Origin: a virus | Taxonomy: Duplodnaviria; Caudoviricetes | DNA length: 26,812 bases | Virus record (IMG/VR): IMGVR_UViG_3300048116_000023 | Coordinates: 1 to 26,812 of that record | Direction: 5' to 3' (one strand) | Part shown: piece after piece, positions 25,628-26,812 of the stretch | How positions within the stretch are numbered: position 1 is the stretch's first letter | Layout of the letters: the number at the start of each line of letters is the position of its first letter | Position numbers and translations under genes: made by a program | The notes under the pieces: model-generated | What the model was told of the DNA's origin: nothing | The model's input: only the letters and a program-made list of their open reading frames with translations | Databases searched by the model: none

Positions 25628-26812
25628 TTATTGTCTATCATTCTGTGTAAACTCAAGAAGTGCTGTATCTAGAGTAAATGCTGGGTTAGTTGTATTGTCT
25701 TCTATACGTATTGATATAGTCTTACCTGATCCTATAATCTGGTTCTGATAAACTTTATCTAGCTCACCACCAAATATAGCTGTGCCGTACAAGGAAGTAA
25801 CTGCTCCATATATAGCCGCAAAGACACCTGTACTTGTAATGGTGGTTGCTGCAGGTTGTATTAAGTTCTGGTTGTTAGAGCGAGTAAAGTCATACTTTAG
25901 TGATAAGTCTATGTTGAATGCACCTTTAGGGTCAATATATGTAGTTAGCTTATAAAAAGTTTTACGTATCTGTGGATCTGATATAGGCATATAAGGTGAT
26001 TCATATATAGCTTCAATGTTATCTCCATCAAAAGTATAGCCTGTCTCCATCTTATATACGTAACCATCTTCGTTACCAAATATAATAGTCTCTGAATACT
26101 CTGTATATTTAGAGTCTGCTACAAATGCTTTTATACCTGATGTCTCACCCCATGCTAAGTTAGCTGCACCTTGGTTAGAGAACTTAGTTACGAGTAATCC
26201 ACGAGCAACTTTCTTTTGTTCGGACTGTGTATAGCCAAAGATACGATACTGTGCTTTCTCACGTATAACAATAGAACAGAAGTTAGACGTACTTTGAGCA
26301 AACTTATAAACGTCATCAGCTATTGGGTCAGAAGCAACTTCAAGTGAGAAGTCACCAATTCTATCTGTAGCACCTAAGAGTCTAATACCATCAGGAGACA
26401 TATACATAATGTCACCACCAACCTCTTGTATCGTATCAGGGTCTAAACAACCAATGCCTTCTGTGATAGGGTTTAACTGGAAGTCAGCTAGAGTTGTACC
26501 AGAAAGACGTTGTATGTTGTTTCTACTAAATATGATAAGCTGATCACGGAAAGCAATCAAGCCTGTAATATCGTGGCTTACGTTTATGACACCACCACCA
26601 TTAGCGGCACTAAAGTCACCTGAGTCTGATGGTGCTGAGAAGTATAAGTTAGAACCCTTAGAGAAGAATACTGTAGTCTTAAATATTGCTACCTGTTCTG
26701 CACCCTGTAAGTCGGATAGAGAAGAGATAAATGATAAACTATTAGCTGTATCGTTAAATAGCGCTGGGTAGTTAGAGCCATCCACAAATAGAATGAAGTC
26801 ACCTGCACCAAA
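25628..26812 (-). CDS. Tail tubular/nozzle (stabilisation) protein, 5' end outside the window
   Basis: The frame is open to the window edge (FGAGDFILFVDGSNYP...). Beta-propeller-like motifs LYFS, ITGL..FRDQLIIF, IGCL..DTIQEVGGDI.YMSPDG.R and P..RKTFYK. Lies directly upstream of the tail fibre. Confidence 0.7.
   Translation of the reverse strand, partial: FGAGDFILFVDGSNYPALFNDTANSLSFISSLSDLQGAEQVAIFKTTVFFSKGSNLYFSAPSDSGDFSAANGGGVINVSHDITGLIAFRDQLIIFSRNNIQRLSGTTLADFQLNPITEGIGCLDPDTIQEVGGDIMYMSPDGIRLLGATDRIGDFSLEVASDPIADDVYKFAQSTSNFCSIVIREKAQYRIFGYTQSEQKKVARGLLVTKFSNQGAANLAWGETSGIKAFVADSKYTEYSETIIFGNEDGYVYKMETGYTFDGDNIEAIYESPYMPISDPQIRKTFYKLTTYIDPKGAFNIDLSLKYDFTRSNNQNLIQPAATTITSTGVFAAIYGAVTSLYGTAIFGGELDKVYQNQIIGSGKTISIRIEDNTTNPAFTLDTALLEFTQNDRQ

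Larger units (their letters stand above)
1..26812. mobile_element. Podovirus genome segment, most likely an HMO-2011-type (SAR116/Roseobacter-group) phage with an integrase
   Basis: Only phage-type genes. Order int-primase-helicase-PolA-SSB-exo-endo-MazG-RNR-PhoH converges on a virion block. PolA has the CxxCxGxG DnaJ-like insert characteristic of HMO-2011-type phages. Confidence 0.85.

Overview
The window is a compact, almost gap-free 26.8-kb segment of a marine podovirus genome. The family A DNA polymerase carries a DnaJ-type zinc-finger insert and a tyrosine integrase sits upstream of separate primase and helicase genes, which best fits the HMO-2011-type phages (SAR116/Roseobacter RCA phage group). 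The left arm (+ strand, 4-12687) encodes integrase, primase, DnaB-like helicase, PolA, a putative SSB, a Cas4-like exonuclease, T7-type endonuclease I, DUF3310, MazG, a class II (B12-dependent) ribonucleotide reductase, a small beta-barrel-like protein, glutaredoxin, endonuclease VII, PhoH and a small Acb2/Tad1-like helical protein. The right arm (- strand, 12688-26812) encodes a tail/nozzle protein cut by the window edge, a tail fibre, an adhesin, a DUF6127-like membrane protein, large internal-virion/ejection proteins, a divergent lysozyme-domain protein and a holin-like protein. The arms meet stop-to-stop with no spacer. I saw no tRNA, rRNA or CRISPR. The best leads are the possible nucleotide-sponge anti-defence gene, the PagP-like barrel between nrdJ and grx, the zinc finger at the T7 thioredoxin-binding-domain position, a gene-specific GCWGC depletion and a G-L/I-M motif shared by internal virion proteins. 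All family calls come from motif recognition by eye; no searches were run.
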